DNA of 64,000 nt from Porticoccaceae bacterium (GCA_041622675.1 JBFJYH010000002.1:16566-80565), one strand, 5' to 3'. Counted from the first letter of the stretch, positions 18,127 through 28,976 are shown. The notes: generated by a model from the sequence alone, not told the origin. A program made the numbers and translations.

Positions 18127-19236
18127 TTACGAAGACAAGTTATGTTTGAAGCGCCAGGCGGCAATGATATAAAGCACGGCACCGATAATCGCCATATTCA
18201 ACGCTGCTGGCCAAAGTTCCGCCATACCCACGCCTTTCAGAAAAACGCCCATGCATATATCCATAAAATATTTTACTGGGCTCAAATAGGTAATGGGCTG
18301 TAAAAAAGATGGCATCGATTCCGTTGGCGTCATGGTGCCAGATAGAAACAAAATGGGGAAAAGACCGAAAAAACACAGTAACAAAGTCTGTTGTAGTGTT
18401 TTTGTAATCGATGCAATCAGCACACCGATGGCAATGGCACTGACTAGGAAAATCGCCATCAAGAAGAGGAAGAGCAACATACTGCCTTTAATTGGCACAC
18501 CAAACCACCAAATAATAAACAGGCTAGGGAAGAAGGCGAGAATACCTACAGCCAGAGTAGGAATGGTTTTAGCGAGAAAAATCTCCCATACACGGGTGGG
18601 TGTCACCATGAGTTGGTCAACAGTGCCCACTTCTTTTTCACGGGTAATTGAAGCCGCCGAGTGAATGGTACCCACCATCATAATGGCTGCAACTATCATC
18701 GATAGCACCACGAAAGACTCCAGTGTCTGAGCCCGGTTGTACCAGATTTGAACCACAGGGCGCACGGCACTACCCAGGGCAACGGGGTTATCAATAAACT
18801 CCATCTCAAAATTACGCACAATGGCTGCCGTATAATCTTTAGCTAAAGATGCCGCATTGGAATTGGTGCCGTCGAGTAATACCTGCAAGCCCGGTGATTC
18901 ACCGCGGCGCAGGTCTTGCTCAAAGTTATTGGGAATAACCATCACATATTTAACTTTACCACTGCGCATCCAGCTCTCGGCCTGCTCCTGGTTTTTCGGA
19001 TAGCCGCTAACCTCGAAAGCTTCAGACAGGGTAAATTTATCAATCAAGTTGCGGCTGATAACGGTCTGGTCGTGGTCTATTACCGCAATCGGAAGATCCT
19101 TCACCTCAAAGGTCATCGCATAACCACAGATCAAAACCTCCATGGTATAAAGCCAGAAGACAACACCGAGGATGGTTTTATCCCGTGCAAACTGGATAAC
19201 ATCTTTAAGCATTAAACTTTTAAGTCGCGTCCACAT
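18127..19236 (-). CDS. ABC-2 type transporter permease (YbhR-like)
   Basis: The 369-aa product has an N-terminal TM, a large periplasmic loop and five C-terminal TMs. It is the last gene of the HlyD, ATPase and two-permease operon. Confidence 0.85.
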   Translation of the reverse strand: MWTRLKSLMLKDVIQFARDKTILGVVFWLYTMEVLICGYAMTFEVKDLPIAVIDHDQTVISRNLIDKFTLSEAFEVSGYPKNQEQAESWMRSGKVKYVMVIPNNFEQDLRRGESPGLQVLLDGTNSNAASLAKDYTAAIVRNFEMEFIDNPVALGSAVRPVVQIWYNRAQTLESFVVLSMIVAAIMMVGTIHSAASITREKEVGTVDQLMVTPTRVWEIFLAKTIPTLAVGILAFFPSLFIIWWFGVPIKGSMLLFLFLMAIFLVSAIAIGVLIASITKTLQQTLLLCFFGLFPILFLSGTMTPTESMPSFLQPITYLSPVKYFMDICMGVFLKGVGMAELWPAALNMAIIGAVLYIIAAWRFKHNLSS

Positions 19237-19296
19237 GTCGGCTCTCCTGCTCGGCTCGCAAGGGGCCGGTAATTACTAATCATAGTGTAGTCGGGC

Positions 19297-20394
19297 TTAG
19301 GCAACTTTTTTCTTAAAAATAACTACGGCGGCAAAAAACACGGCCAGAGTATAAGCCAGCATAAAGCTCAATGGTCGTATCATTTCTGCCGGCCCTGCCC
19401 CTTTAAGAATGATCCCCCGTGAGACATCGACAAAAAAGCGTCCCGGGAAAAGGTGGGTATAGGCCTGTACCGGCTCGGCCATAGCATAAATGGGAAAGAC
19501 AAAGCCTGAAAATAATATTGAGGGCATCATTGTTACCACCAGCGCCAGCAATACTGCTAATAGCTGGCTATTGGTAATGGTCGATATCAGCAAACCAATT
19601 CCGACATTACAAAAAACATAAATGCCACCAGCAATCAGTAAATAACCGAGACTGCCATTAAAGGGAACCCCGAACCAGTAATAACCTAGGGCCACAATAG
19701 AGACCAACTGTAATGATGAAATGAACCCGTAGGGAAGCAACTTACCCAGCAAAAATTCGGGCACGGTTAAGGGCGAGGCATAAATTTGCTGAATCGACCC
19801 ACTTTCTTTTTCGCGCACAATGGCCAGTGTGGTTAATAGTGGGGGAAAGGCTGCGATAATCACGGCGTAAAGGCCGGAGACAACATAAATAATGCTGCGC
19901 AAACTGGGGTTGTACCAAATCCGCGTTTGCACATCGATTAATGAATTATCTTGTTCCTGTTTAAATTTCGACACAATGGTCATACCGTAATTTAAAGCGA
20001 CCAGTGCCGTTGCTGAGTACGTGCCATCAATCAGCAGTTGCACCTCGGGGTTTTCTTTGCGACCCGTTAACGCGTTAAAACCCGGCGGAATCACTAGAAC
20101 TAATTTGACCTCATTCACCTCCATCGACTTGTGAATTTGCACCTCGGAATCATAACTTCTGACCAACTTGAAGTAGGCACTTTCTGTAAATTCGTCAATC
20201 AAGTTGGCACTGGACGGTGTCTGATCCTGATCGAGGACGCCAAAGCTGACATCCTCAACTTCCAGGGAAATCGCATAGCCAAACATAAACAGCATTACGA
20301 TCGGGAACAAAAAGGCCGTTGACAAAGTGACGCGGTCACGAATTATTTCACGCGTTTCTTTGCGCATAACGGCGTATAGCCTATGCAGCTTCAT
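19297..20394 (-). CDS. ABC-2 type transporter permease (YbhS-like)
   Basis: The 365-aa product has the same architecture as its paralog at 18127-19236. Confidence 0.85.
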   Translation of the reverse strand: MKLHRLYAVMRKETREIIRDRVTLSTAFLFPIVMLFMFGYAISLEVEDVSFGVLDQDQTPSSANLIDEFTESAYFKLVRSYDSEVQIHKSMEVNEVKLVLVIPPGFNALTGRKENPEVQLLIDGTYSATALVALNYGMTIVSKFKQEQDNSLIDVQTRIWYNPSLRSIIYVVSGLYAVIIAAFPPLLTTLAIVREKESGSIQQIYASPLTVPEFLLGKLLPYGFISSLQLVSIVALGYYWFGVPFNGSLGYLLIAGGIYVFCNVGIGLLISTITNSQLLAVLLALVVTMMPSILFSGFVFPIYAMAEPVQAYTHLFPGRFFVDVSRGIILKGAGPAEMIRPLSFMLAYTLAVFFAAVVIFKKKVA

Positions 20395-22235
20395 TTCGCT
20401 TGCCCCGCTTTTTCGATATCCACTCTCTGGCGTTCTTCCTCCAGACGGGCATCTTCAATTTTGATGTAGGCAAGAAACATCTCTTCAATGGATTCCGCCT
20501 CAACATCTCCCGGTAGCGCAGCGATTAATTCATCCGCCGGGCCAATGCCAATGAGCCGGCCCTGGTGCATCAAGCCTAGACGATGACAATAATTAGCTTC
20601 TTCCATATAGTGGGTGGTGACAAAAATAGTCGTGCCACTTTCTGCCAAGGTCTGAATTAACTGCCAGAATTTATACCGCGCGGCGGGACTCACCCCCGAG
20701 GTTGGCTCGTCCAAAAACACTACGGCGGGCTCATGCATAATGGCACAAGCTAGGGCCAAGCGTTGACTTAAGGCCCCTGACATATCGGCCACGAGGTGAT
20801 TCATAACGCTACTTAAGTCGGTAACACTAATAGCCCAGTCCATCGCCTTCTTTTTATCCCCTTTTTCAAGCCCGTAAACACCTGCAAAAAAGGACAGGTT
20901 CTCTTCAACCGTGAGATCGGGGTAAAGGGAAAAGCGTTGAGACATATAACCGATATGGTTACGCAAACGTTTGGGGTCGTCAATAATACTGACACCGCCA
21001 ATCCAGGCATCACCGCTGGTGAGTTTTTGTAAACCACATAAAGAGCGGATAAAGGTCGTTTTCCCTGCACCGTTAGCGCCGAGAAAGCCAAAGACTTCAC
21101 CGGCTTTAATCTCCAGAGTGACGTCGTTGTTGGCGACAAAGTCACCGAACTCAACACGCATGTCTTGGGTGCGAATCAAGCCGCCCTCGGGCAATCTTTC
21201 GGGCAAATGAATTTCTGGTGGCGACTCAGCATAGGCGCTGCTCTTTTCCCCGCCACTAAGCATGGTATAGGCATCATCGAGCGTCGGCTCAACCGGCTCA
21301 ATACGGCCACCATTTTCTGTTAAACCAGCTTTTAAACCCGCTTCAATATGATGTGCGGTGTGTAATTGAAAGTGCACACTCTCTGACAAATGACGAATAC
21401 TCAAAACATCGGGATGCTCGACCAAGCGATTATGGGCACCACCACGATCTTTTGTATGCAGCTCATAGACATGCCCTTCGCAGCGGGTATGGAGGGTCTC
21501 AACCTTGTCCACTCCAATGATCTCGCCCTCGTGCAAAAAGGCAATGCGGTCGCAGTGTTCAGCCTCGTCCATATAGGGAGTACTCATCACAACGGTGACA
21601 CCGTCATCACGGAACATGTTAAGCATGGACCACAACTCATGTCGCGACGCGGGGTCAACTCCCAAACTAAGCTCATCAAGTAGCAGGAGACGGGGTTCGT
21701 GCATCAAGTTAGTACACAGCGATAACTTTTTACGCATGCCACCGGACAGGTTACCCGCGGCACGGTCGATAAAGCGGTACAGGCCCGCCATTTTCAGCAA
21801 GCGTTCCTGGCGTTCGAGATAAATCTCTTTAGGTAAACCACGGATGTCAGCAGAAAACTCCATGTTCTCTGCAATACTCAATTTATCGTAGAGGGTAAAG
21901 CCTTGAAACATATAACCGATATGGGAGTTGATCCAGTAATCATCTTTAACTGTGTTATGCCCCATCACTGTGCAATGACCTTCGCTGGGGTCGAGAATGG
22001 CTGCCATTAACTGCATTAAGGTGGTTTTACCGGCTCCGTCTGGCCCCAACAAACCAAAAATTTCGGCCTCGTAAATGGTCAGATCAACTTCTTTAAGCAC
22101 CAACTCATCATTAAAGGCACGACCAAGATTATGGGCCTCAATAATCGGTTTGCGATCCATAGCTAGGGGATCTGGATCTGTACTCTCAGTTTGCGAACCT
22201 TCAACTGCCCGCTCAATGCTCGTTACATTACTCAT
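20391..22235 (-). CDS. ABC transporter ATP-binding protein with two fused ATPase domains (YbhF-like)
   Basis: It has two Walker A sites (GPDGAGKTT, GANGAGKTT), an ABC signature LSGGMRKK, and two Walker B regions. Confidence 0.9.
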   Translation of the reverse strand: MSNVTSIERAVEGSQTESTDPDPLAMDRKPIIEAHNLGRAFNDELVLKEVDLTIYEAEIFGLLGPDGAGKTTLMQLMAAILDPSEGHCTVMGHNTVKDDYWINSHIGYMFQGFTLYDKLSIAENMEFSADIRGLPKEIYLERQERLLKMAGLYRFIDRAAGNLSGGMRKKLSLCTNLMHEPRLLLLDELSLGVDPASRHELWSMLNMFRDDGVTVVMSTPYMDEAEHCDRIAFLHEGEIIGVDKVETLHTRCEGHVYELHTKDRGGAHNRLVEHPDVLSIRHLSESVHFQLHTAHHIEAGLKAGLTENGGRIEPVEPTLDDAYTMLSGGEKSSAYAESPPEIHLPERLPEGGLIRTQDMRVEFGDFVANNDVTLEIKAGEVFGFLGANGAGKTTFIRSLCGLQKLTSGDAWIGGVSIIDDPKRLRNHIGYMSQRFSLYPDLTVEENLSFFAGVYGLEKGDKKKAMDWAISVTDLSSVMNHLVADMSGALSQRLALACAIMHEPAVVFLDEPTSGVSPAARYKFWQLIQTLAESGTTIFVTTHYMEEANYCHRLGLMHQGRLIGIGPADELIAALPGDVEAESIEEMFLAYIKIEDARLEEERQRVDIEKAGQAK

Positions 22236-22274
22236 ATCGTTCAGCCCTACTGCCTGTTGACCAGCAACGCTAGA

Positions 22275-23231
22275 TTAATGAGGAACGACGAGAGTTTGCG
22301 GCCAGCTCTTGCCATCATCCCAGCGAATCCAGGCATCGGCAGGCATACCGGGCTTGAGGAAGCCCTCTTTATTATCGAGTGCCAGCACCACGCCAAAGAC
22401 CATGCGTACTCGCTCTTCAGGCATGTTGATATCGCGCGGTGTAAACTGTGCACGTTGGTCAACCCGTTTCACCCGTGCATCAAAGTAACGATCGGAAAAG
22501 GCACTAACACGAACTTTGGCCGGAGCATTGAGTTTGATTTTACCAATCACCGCTTCAGGTAAATAAGCCTTGAGTTCTAGGTCCTCCATGTCTACTAGAA
22601 CCGCAATCAAACGTTCTGGTGTTGCCAGCTCGCCCAGCTCAATAGACTTCGACAAAATCGTGGCGTCCATGGGAGTATAGATTTTTGATTTATCAATTCC
22701 TATTTGTCTAAGCTCAACATTTTTTACCGCAACCATAGTATTGGCCTTGGCTTGTTCAAACTGAGCCTTTAAAGCTCGCACTCGGCCCAGCGCCTCAGTC
22801 CGTACCGAGGTGATTTGATCGAGTTTTTGCACAGTGACTATGCCTCGCTTGCGCAATGCCGTGTAACGCACCAAGTCGCGCTCTGCAGTAGCCAAGTTGT
22901 CCTGCCAAGTTTGCAGCTGTTCAATAATATGCTCTTGTTCGTACTCGCGAGCAATACGCTCGGCATTAGCCACCGCCAGTATCGCCGCTTGCTCGCTGGT
23001 ATCGAGCTCAACCAATAGCGAATCTTTCGCGACAGTGGACCCCTCCAGCAAGTTGGAAACTAGGACACGGCCCTTTACTTCAGCACTGATATTGACTTCA
23101 GTACCTTCAACGTGGCCATTACCGTAAAGGAAGCCCTCTTCGAGCACAGGGGGTAAAGTAGAAATATAAAAAAAGTAGGACCCTACAGCGATCAAAATTA
23201 CGACTAACGGCGTTACTATCCAGCTCTTCAT
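22275..23231 (-). CDS. HlyD-family membrane fusion/adaptor protein (YbhG-like)
   Basis: It has an N-terminal TM, a coiled-coil central region and a beta-barrel C-terminus. It is the first gene of the efflux operon. Confidence 0.85.
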   Translation of the reverse strand: MKSWIVTPLVVILIAVGSYFFYISTLPPVLEEGFLYGNGHVEGTEVNISAEVKGRVLVSNLLEGSTVAKDSLLVELDTSEQAAILAVANAERIAREYEQEHIIEQLQTWQDNLATAERDLVRYTALRKRGIVTVQKLDQITSVRTEALGRVRALKAQFEQAKANTMVAVKNVELRQIGIDKSKIYTPMDATILSKSIELGELATPERLIAVLVDMEDLELKAYLPEAVIGKIKLNAPAKVRVSAFSDRYFDARVKRVDQRAQFTPRDINMPEERVRMVFGVVLALDNKEGFLKPGMPADAWIRWDDGKSWPQTLVVPH

Positions 23232-24004
23232 ACAAACCCACCCTTTTTTTAAATTGTTGTCTACTAATTATTTAATGCATTACAAAAAACTTCGCAAAAC
23301 GCTTGTACCTTATCAAGCCCAGCGTTACGAAGAGCACTTATCATTTTTTCCTTCATGGATTCTGAAGCGTTTGGCGAAGCGCCTAGAGAAAACAGAAAAA
23401 ATTTAAAACCTGTTCCCCCATTGTATGGACCGACAATTTGACCAACGTTTTATTTAATGAAGGACAATATATTGATTTTTTTTATGTGATCAAGAACTAA
23501 TTTACGCCTCCTAAATCTTACAATTTTCAACCAAACCCCGTTTTACAACCTCAGTAAGTCTCTAAACATGAATTATTTATCTGGGATCGCGTTCTAATTT
23601 GAGAGAAACACACGTCCGGTGACTGCAGAAAATTGAACTATTTCACGTATTAATCGCCGCAGGTTTTCAATCCTTTTCCGATCAACATTGCCCTAGCTCT
23701 CCCTTACCTAAAGTTCAATACCCCGCTCCATCATCAAGCGCTTCTACCCCTTACCTCAGCCCAGTAAAACTGGACGGCCGACCATCAACAGAAAAAGAGA
23801 TGGACTTTATCAAGCAACCCTACACCTCGTTTTGAATGACTACCACACAAAGCCACTATCATTTTTGCCCCCTCTGTTGTCACAGACAGAACCTCTCGAC
23901 ATAGAGTAATACCCCTTTTACAGCACATTACCGTAAACTGCTAGCCCTTCACTGGCACAGCAAACCTCAACTACCCGCCTTATTTACCGAGCACACCTTA
24001 GACT

Positions 24005-25774
24005 ATGTCGACCAACTCAGAACGTCCCGTCGCCACCAAGCTTTCATCTATTGCCCAACTCATGCGCCTCGTTGCGCCCTATCGCTGGCGTTGGATGTGC
24101 GCGATTATTGCCCTGCTCTTTACTGCGGGGATTACTCTAACCATCGGTCAGGGCGTGCGCGTGGTAATAGATGACGGCTTTGTTGCTGGCTCTGTTTCGC
24201 AATTGCAGCAGGGTATTTATTTATTACTAGGATTATCCCTATTAATGGCGGCAGGCACCTTTGTGCGCTTCTATTTAGTATCGTGGCTGGGCGAACGGAT
24301 CAGCGCCGATATTCGTAGTGCGGTGTTTAATAATATCGTTGGTCTCAGTCCCGGCTATTTTGACAACAACCGCAGCGGCGAAATTATGTCTCGCCTCACC
24401 ACTGACACCACCTTGCTACAAAGCATTATTGGCAGCTCTTTTTCCCTCGCCCTACGCAGTTCCATTTCGACCATTGGCGCCCTGATTATTTTAATTATCA
24501 CCAACCTCAAGCTCACCCTAGTGATTCTCGGCTGCGTCCCTCTAGTGTTGCTACCCATTTTAATTTTCGGCCGCCGGGTGCGCACTCTTTCTCGACAAAG
24601 CCAGGACTCAATAGCCAATGTCGGCACCTACGCCGGCGAAATTATCACCCAGCTAAAAACCGTGCAAAGCTACACTCGCGAAAACTACGAACGGAACGCT
24701 TTTAATGAAGAGGTGGAAAGTGCCTTTGCCATCGCCCGCCGTCGGGTCAAGCAACGGGCAGTTTTAATGGCAGCAGTCATTGTTCTGGTTTTTGGAGCCC
24801 TAAGCGGCATGCTCTGGGTGGGAGGCAATGATGTGCTCAATGGCACCATGAGTGCCGGTGACCTCGGCGCCTTTGTGTTCTACGCCATGCTGGTGGCGAT
24901 GGGCGTGGCGACGATGTCAGAGGTCTACGGCGACCTGCAACGCGCCGTGGGTGCCACCGACAGACTGGTGGATTTAATGACGGCCAAAACCACTATTCTG
25001 CCCCCTGCCGAAGGTATTGCCGCGAGCGAACTCGCCGCCGAGGTCAGCTTTCAGCGAGTCAGTTTCAGCTATCCCTCACGCCCTGGGCAAAAAGCCCTTG
25101 AAGATTTCTCCATCCATATTCCCGAGGGCAAAGTGGTTGCACTTGTCGGCCCATCGGGCGCGGGCAAGTCCACCGTATTTGAATTAATGCAGCGCTTTTA
25201 CGACCCTCAAGCCGGCGCAGTACTGCTCGGCAACACCGATATTCGCGAGCTATCACCGGCCGATCTGCGCCAACAATTGGGCGTAGTTTCTCAACACCCC
25301 GCTCTGTTCAGCGCCGATGTTAGCCACAATATTCGCTACGGCAAACCCGACGCCAGTGACGACGAGGTACAAGCCGCCGCCCGTGCCGCCTATGCCCATG
25401 ACTTTATTACGCAGTTGCCCGAGGGCTACGCGAGCTTCCTTGGCGAGCAGGGTGTGCGACTATCGGGCGGGCAAAAACAACGCATTGCCATCGCCCGTGC
25501 CATTTTGAAAAATCCGCGTCTGCTTTTATTGGACGAGGCCACCAGTGCCCTCGATACCCATAGCGAACAACAGGTGCAGTTGGCCCTTGAAAAGTTGATG
25601 GAAAACCGCACCACACTGATTATTGCCCACCGTCTATCGACCATCCTCCACGCAGACCATATCGTGGTCATGGATCAGGGTAGTGTCGTTGCCAGTGGCA
25701 CCCATCAGCAATTACTCACCGACAGTGAACTCTACGCCAGACTGGCAGCGGCACAGTTTGGCAACGGCACATAA
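24005..25774 (+). CDS. ABC exporter, fused permease-ATPase (MsbA/ABCB-like)
   Basis: It has a six-TM N-terminal domain. The ATPase domain has Walker A GPSGAGKST, signature LSGGQKQR and Walker B LLLLDEATSALD. Confidence 0.88.
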   Translation: MSTNSERPVATKLSSIAQLMRLVAPYRWRWMCAIIALLFTAGITLTIGQGVRVVIDDGFVAGSVSQLQQGIYLLLGLSLLMAAGTFVRFYLVSWLGERISADIRSAVFNNIVGLSPGYFDNNRSGEIMSRLTTDTTLLQSIIGSSFSLALRSSISTIGALIILIITNLKLTLVILGCVPLVLLPILIFGRRVRTLSRQSQDSIANVGTYAGEIITQLKTVQSYTRENYERNAFNEEVESAFAIARRRVKQRAVLMAAVIVLVFGALSGMLWVGGNDVLNGTMSAGDLGAFVFYAMLVAMGVATMSEVYGDLQRAVGATDRLVDLMTAKTTILPPAEGIAASELAAEVSFQRVSFSYPSRPGQKALEDFSIHIPEGKVVALVGPSGAGKSTVFELMQRFYDPQAGAVLLGNTDIRELSPADLRQQLGVVSQHPALFSADVSHNIRYGKPDASDDEVQAAARAAYAHDFITQLPEGYASFLGEQGVRLSGGQKQRIAIARAILKNPRLLLLDEATSALDTHSEQQVQLALEKLMENRTTLIIAHRLSTILHADHIVVMDQGSVVASGTHQQLLTDSELYARLAAAQFGNGT

Positions 25775-25926
25775 AGCAATCACTCCACGATGTACCCTAA
25801 ATAAAACTTCAGACAATACATTTGTTGGTTTAATAAGGGCTTGGATTCACGCCCTAAGTACAGTAACTTTAGTGCCACTAAAAAAATAACAACGGTTTTT
25901 CTTCTGGTTTAAATAAGGAAATAATA

Positions 25927-26853
25927 ATGATTACCGAAAAAGACATGTACTTTCACACACCGACTTCCGATGACCACTACTGGGCGGAAACTAATTATTT
26001 TGGCTTTTATATTCCCGAAGAAGCCATGCACGTTAACGTCTATGTTTTGACGCGCCAGAACGCTGGTGTCGTGTTATCCAGCATTACCGTGACCGATGGT
26101 TTTTCCAACTCACCCCACTTGGTACGCTATAGCAATAACCAGGTGCACTTGCCCTTTCCAAAGTCAGACCTTGACGATTTCACCCTGGGCAATGGCCTGT
26201 CGATTAAATGTACCAAGCCGGTGATGGATTACGATATTAAATTCGACGACCAGCGCGGCGTTAAAATTGATGTGCAGTACAAAGCACTGATGGCCCCCTA
26301 CGATATCCACGACCCGGAGCAAGACCCCCTCGCAGCCACCGCCGACGATCATGTCTCGGCCACTGCCTATGCTGGGCACTGGGATCAAACGGGTCGCGTT
26401 ACCGGCACCTTCACCATCGATGGCAAAACCTATGACGTCAACTGTGTGTCGAGCATGGATCACAGCTGGGGCGAGCGCAAAGAAGATCAGTTTCAAAATT
26501 TTTGCTGGCTCAATGCCAATTTTGACAACGACGTCAGTATTCACTGTATTTGGATCATCAACCCCGACGATCCCAATCACTACCAGGCCATTGCCCACGG
26601 CTACGTGCGCGAGGGTGACCAAGTCTACGGCCTGATCAAAGGCTCGGGTCGCCTTCTACGCGATGGCCGGCTACATCAATTTATGGAGCTTCAAGTTGAA
26701 GACGAACGGGGTAAAACTCATAACTTTACCGGAACAGCCTTTACCTCCAATCCCTGGCAACCCTGGCCTTTCGTCTACTGCACCCACTCCTTCCTGCGCT
26801 GGGATCTCGACGGGGTTACTGGCTGGGGCGAAGTGCAGGACGTCAGCATGTAA
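25927..26853 (+). CDS. Hypothetical protein of unrecognised family
   Basis: The 308-aa ORF follows a good RBS (AAGGA). It appears soluble and lies upstream of an APH-fold kinase. Confidence 0.6.
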   Translation: MITEKDMYFHTPTSDDHYWAETNYFGFYIPEEAMHVNVYVLTRQNAGVVLSSITVTDGFSNSPHLVRYSNNQVHLPFPKSDLDDFTLGNGLSIKCTKPVMDYDIKFDDQRGVKIDVQYKALMAPYDIHDPEQDPLAATADDHVSATAYAGHWDQTGRVTGTFTIDGKTYDVNCVSSMDHSWGERKEDQFQNFCWLNANFDNDVSIHCIWIINPDDPNHYQAIAHGYVREGDQVYGLIKGSGRLLRDGRLHQFMELQVEDERGKTHNFTGTAFTSNPWQPWPFVYCTHSFLRWDLDGVTGWGEVQDVSM

Positions 26854-27087
26854 TCGCTAATTTTGCAGGGGGGAACCTCCATTTGTAGGGTGCCCCCTCG
26901 CAATAACGCGCAACAACCGCGGGCCAAATAACCAAGCGGAACCATCAATCGACCCGACAAAACGGCTGTCAATGACGCAAGCAGACAACAGCTCGACAGC
27001 TAATCGCTCGAAAACCTACCACTAGGCCCTCCGCTTTGTTGAGGGAGAATATACCAATAATAACGAGCCACAAATCAAATAAAAATC

Positions 27088-28287
27088 ATGATAAATACAG
27101 AAACTTTACGCTTACGCGCCCAACCCTCCACCGAGTGGATAGCGGCAATCAGAGCGCGCTACCCGGTCGAGACGGCCATCGACAATGTGCTGACCCGCAA
27201 GCTGCGCAACCGCACACAAACAACTGTCCACCAAACCAACTTCGAACACCTTGAATCCCACCTAGTCGAATACCTGAAGCAAAGCACCGGGCAAAACGAT
27301 CTGCAACTCAGCGACCTAAAACGGCTTACCGGTGGCGCATCAAAAGAACAGTTCACTTTTATGCTGACCTGGAATCAAGCCTCCGGTGAGCGCGCCACTC
27401 GCAAGTTAATGCTGCGCATGGATCCTTCCGAGTCAGTGGTCGAGACTCACCGCTTGCGCGAAGCACAGGTGCTGCGCGCCATGTGGGGCGAAGTGCCAGT
27501 GCCCGAGGTATTCTGGGTCGAGCACAGCGACGAGTTTCTCGGCCACCCCTTTTTAATTGCCGCCTTTGTGGTCGGCACCGTACAGCCCGAAGATGGTGGC
27601 AAGGTAACCGGGCTGGGCATGTCTTTCGAGCCCGAATTGCGCGCCACACTGCGCGACCAGTTCGTGCGCCATCTCGCCACCATTCACACCCTCGATTGGC
27701 GTAGTAAAGACCTCAGCGCTTTCGATGCCCCTGAAGCGGGTACCACCCAAGCTAATGAATGGTCGATCGGGGCCTGGGAGCGTATCTGGCAGGAAGACAC
27801 CATGGAGGCCCATCCCATTATGGAGCAGGCCGCCATCTGGCTGAAAGACAATATGCCAGTGGTCGAAAACCCGGTAATTCAGCACGGCGATTATCGCAGC
27901 GGCAATTTCATGTACGATGACGATGGGCAAATCAACGCCATTCTCGACTGGGAACTCTGCCACCTCGGTGATTTTCACGAAGATCTTGCCTATAACCGTT
28001 GCAAAATGCTCGGCACCCCCGATGACAAGGGCGGCTTTCGCTGTAGCGGCCTACTGTACTTTGACGAGTTTGTAGAAAAGTACGAAGCCTATACCGGCTT
28101 CACTGTCGATATGGCGCGGCTCAAGTGGTACGACATTTTCACCTATTACAAGATGACGTCGATTTCCTGCACCAGCCTACGCATTGCCCATGCAAAGAAA
28201 ACCCACCTCGATGCGATGATGAACTTAATTGGGGGTGTGGGTTTCCTCTCTGCCTCTGAGTTGGCTCGACTATTGGAAAAAGCTTGA
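27088..28287 (+). CDS. Phosphotransferase-family (APH/ChoK-fold) kinase
   Basis: It has the catalytic-loop (Brenner) motif HGDYRSGN followed by ILDWELCHLGD. Confidence 0.8.
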   Translation: MINTETLRLRAQPSTEWIAAIRARYPVETAIDNVLTRKLRNRTQTTVHQTNFEHLESHLVEYLKQSTGQNDLQLSDLKRLTGGASKEQFTFMLTWNQASGERATRKLMLRMDPSESVVETHRLREAQVLRAMWGEVPVPEVFWVEHSDEFLGHPFLIAAFVVGTVQPEDGGKVTGLGMSFEPELRATLRDQFVRHLATIHTLDWRSKDLSAFDAPEAGTTQANEWSIGAWERIWQEDTMEAHPIMEQAAIWLKDNMPVVENPVIQHGDYRSGNFMYDDDGQINAILDWELCHLGDFHEDLAYNRCKMLGTPDDKGGFRCSGLLYFDEFVEKYEAYTGFTVDMARLKWYDIFTYYKMTSISCTSLRIAHAKKTHLDAMMNLIGGVGFLSASELARLLEKA

Positions 28288-28294
28288 GCCAAAC

Positions 28295-28326
28295 GACCAC
28301 GCCTGGATAATTTTTCAGGCGTGGTC
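28295..28326 (+). terminator. Hairpin after the kinase gene
   Basis: A perfect 11-bp stem GACCACGCCTG/CAGGCGTGGTC has a T-rich loop. It lies between convergent genes. Confidence 0.55.
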
Positions 28327-28394
28327 AAGTTAAAGCAGCCACCCTTTCATGAGATTAAAACCCACTGAGTTAAGCTGGCAAAAACAGTTTAGCG

Positions 28395-28976
28395 CTAGAG
28401 TTGATCAGCGAGATAGAAAATGTCGAGAATAGTGCGCGTAGCGTCCTGAATGCGTAGCACGCGGTCATCGATCTGACGTAAAGACGTGCCTTTTACTTCA
28501 GACATATGGCGCAGTACATCTCTGGGCAAGTGGTGCGACTGATTATAAAGATGCTCATCGAGAACTTCGCCACGGGCCACTTTCTTTTGCCAACCCGGGG
28601 GCAGCTCACCCCCCCGTTCTATTTTTTTACGCAACCCCGGTGGTAGCTTTTTGGGTTTGCCAGAACCCTTTTTGGCGTGATCCCTATCGCTACGGTCTCG
28701 GTCATAATCTCTATCAGCGTCGTCCTTTAGCTGTAAATAGTCCCTGAGAATACGCCGCTCTTCTTCGCCAAAAACTGCACCCACTGCAATTTCGGCCAGT
28801 ACCCCTTTATCTGTGCTAGTCGAACGCCGAGTATCACCATGATTCGCCAGAGCAGCCTGGCTGACTAACAAGCCCGAACATAGGCAGAGGAAAATCATCA
28901 GCCGCAGCTGGCTTAATTGATTCGCGCCTTGCACATAAAGCGTGTTTAACATGGCCAGACTCCACGTTTGCATCAC
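28395..28976 (-). CDS. Secreted CigR/RcnB-like protein
   Basis: It has a signal-peptide-like LCLCSGLLVSQAALA. An Asp/Arg-rich linker and duplicated LPPGLRKK / LPPGWQKK motifs are reminiscent of the CigR family. The start codon is uncertain. Confidence 0.5.
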   Translation of the reverse strand: MMQTWSLAMLNTLYVQGANQLSQLRLMIFLCLCSGLLVSQAALANHGDTRRSTSTDKGVLAEIAVGAVFGEEERRILRDYLQLKDDADRDYDRDRSDRDHAKKGSGKPKKLPPGLRKKIERGGELPPGWQKKVARGEVLDEHLYNQSHHLPRDVLRHMSEVKGTSLRQIDDRVLRIQDATRTILDIFYLADQL

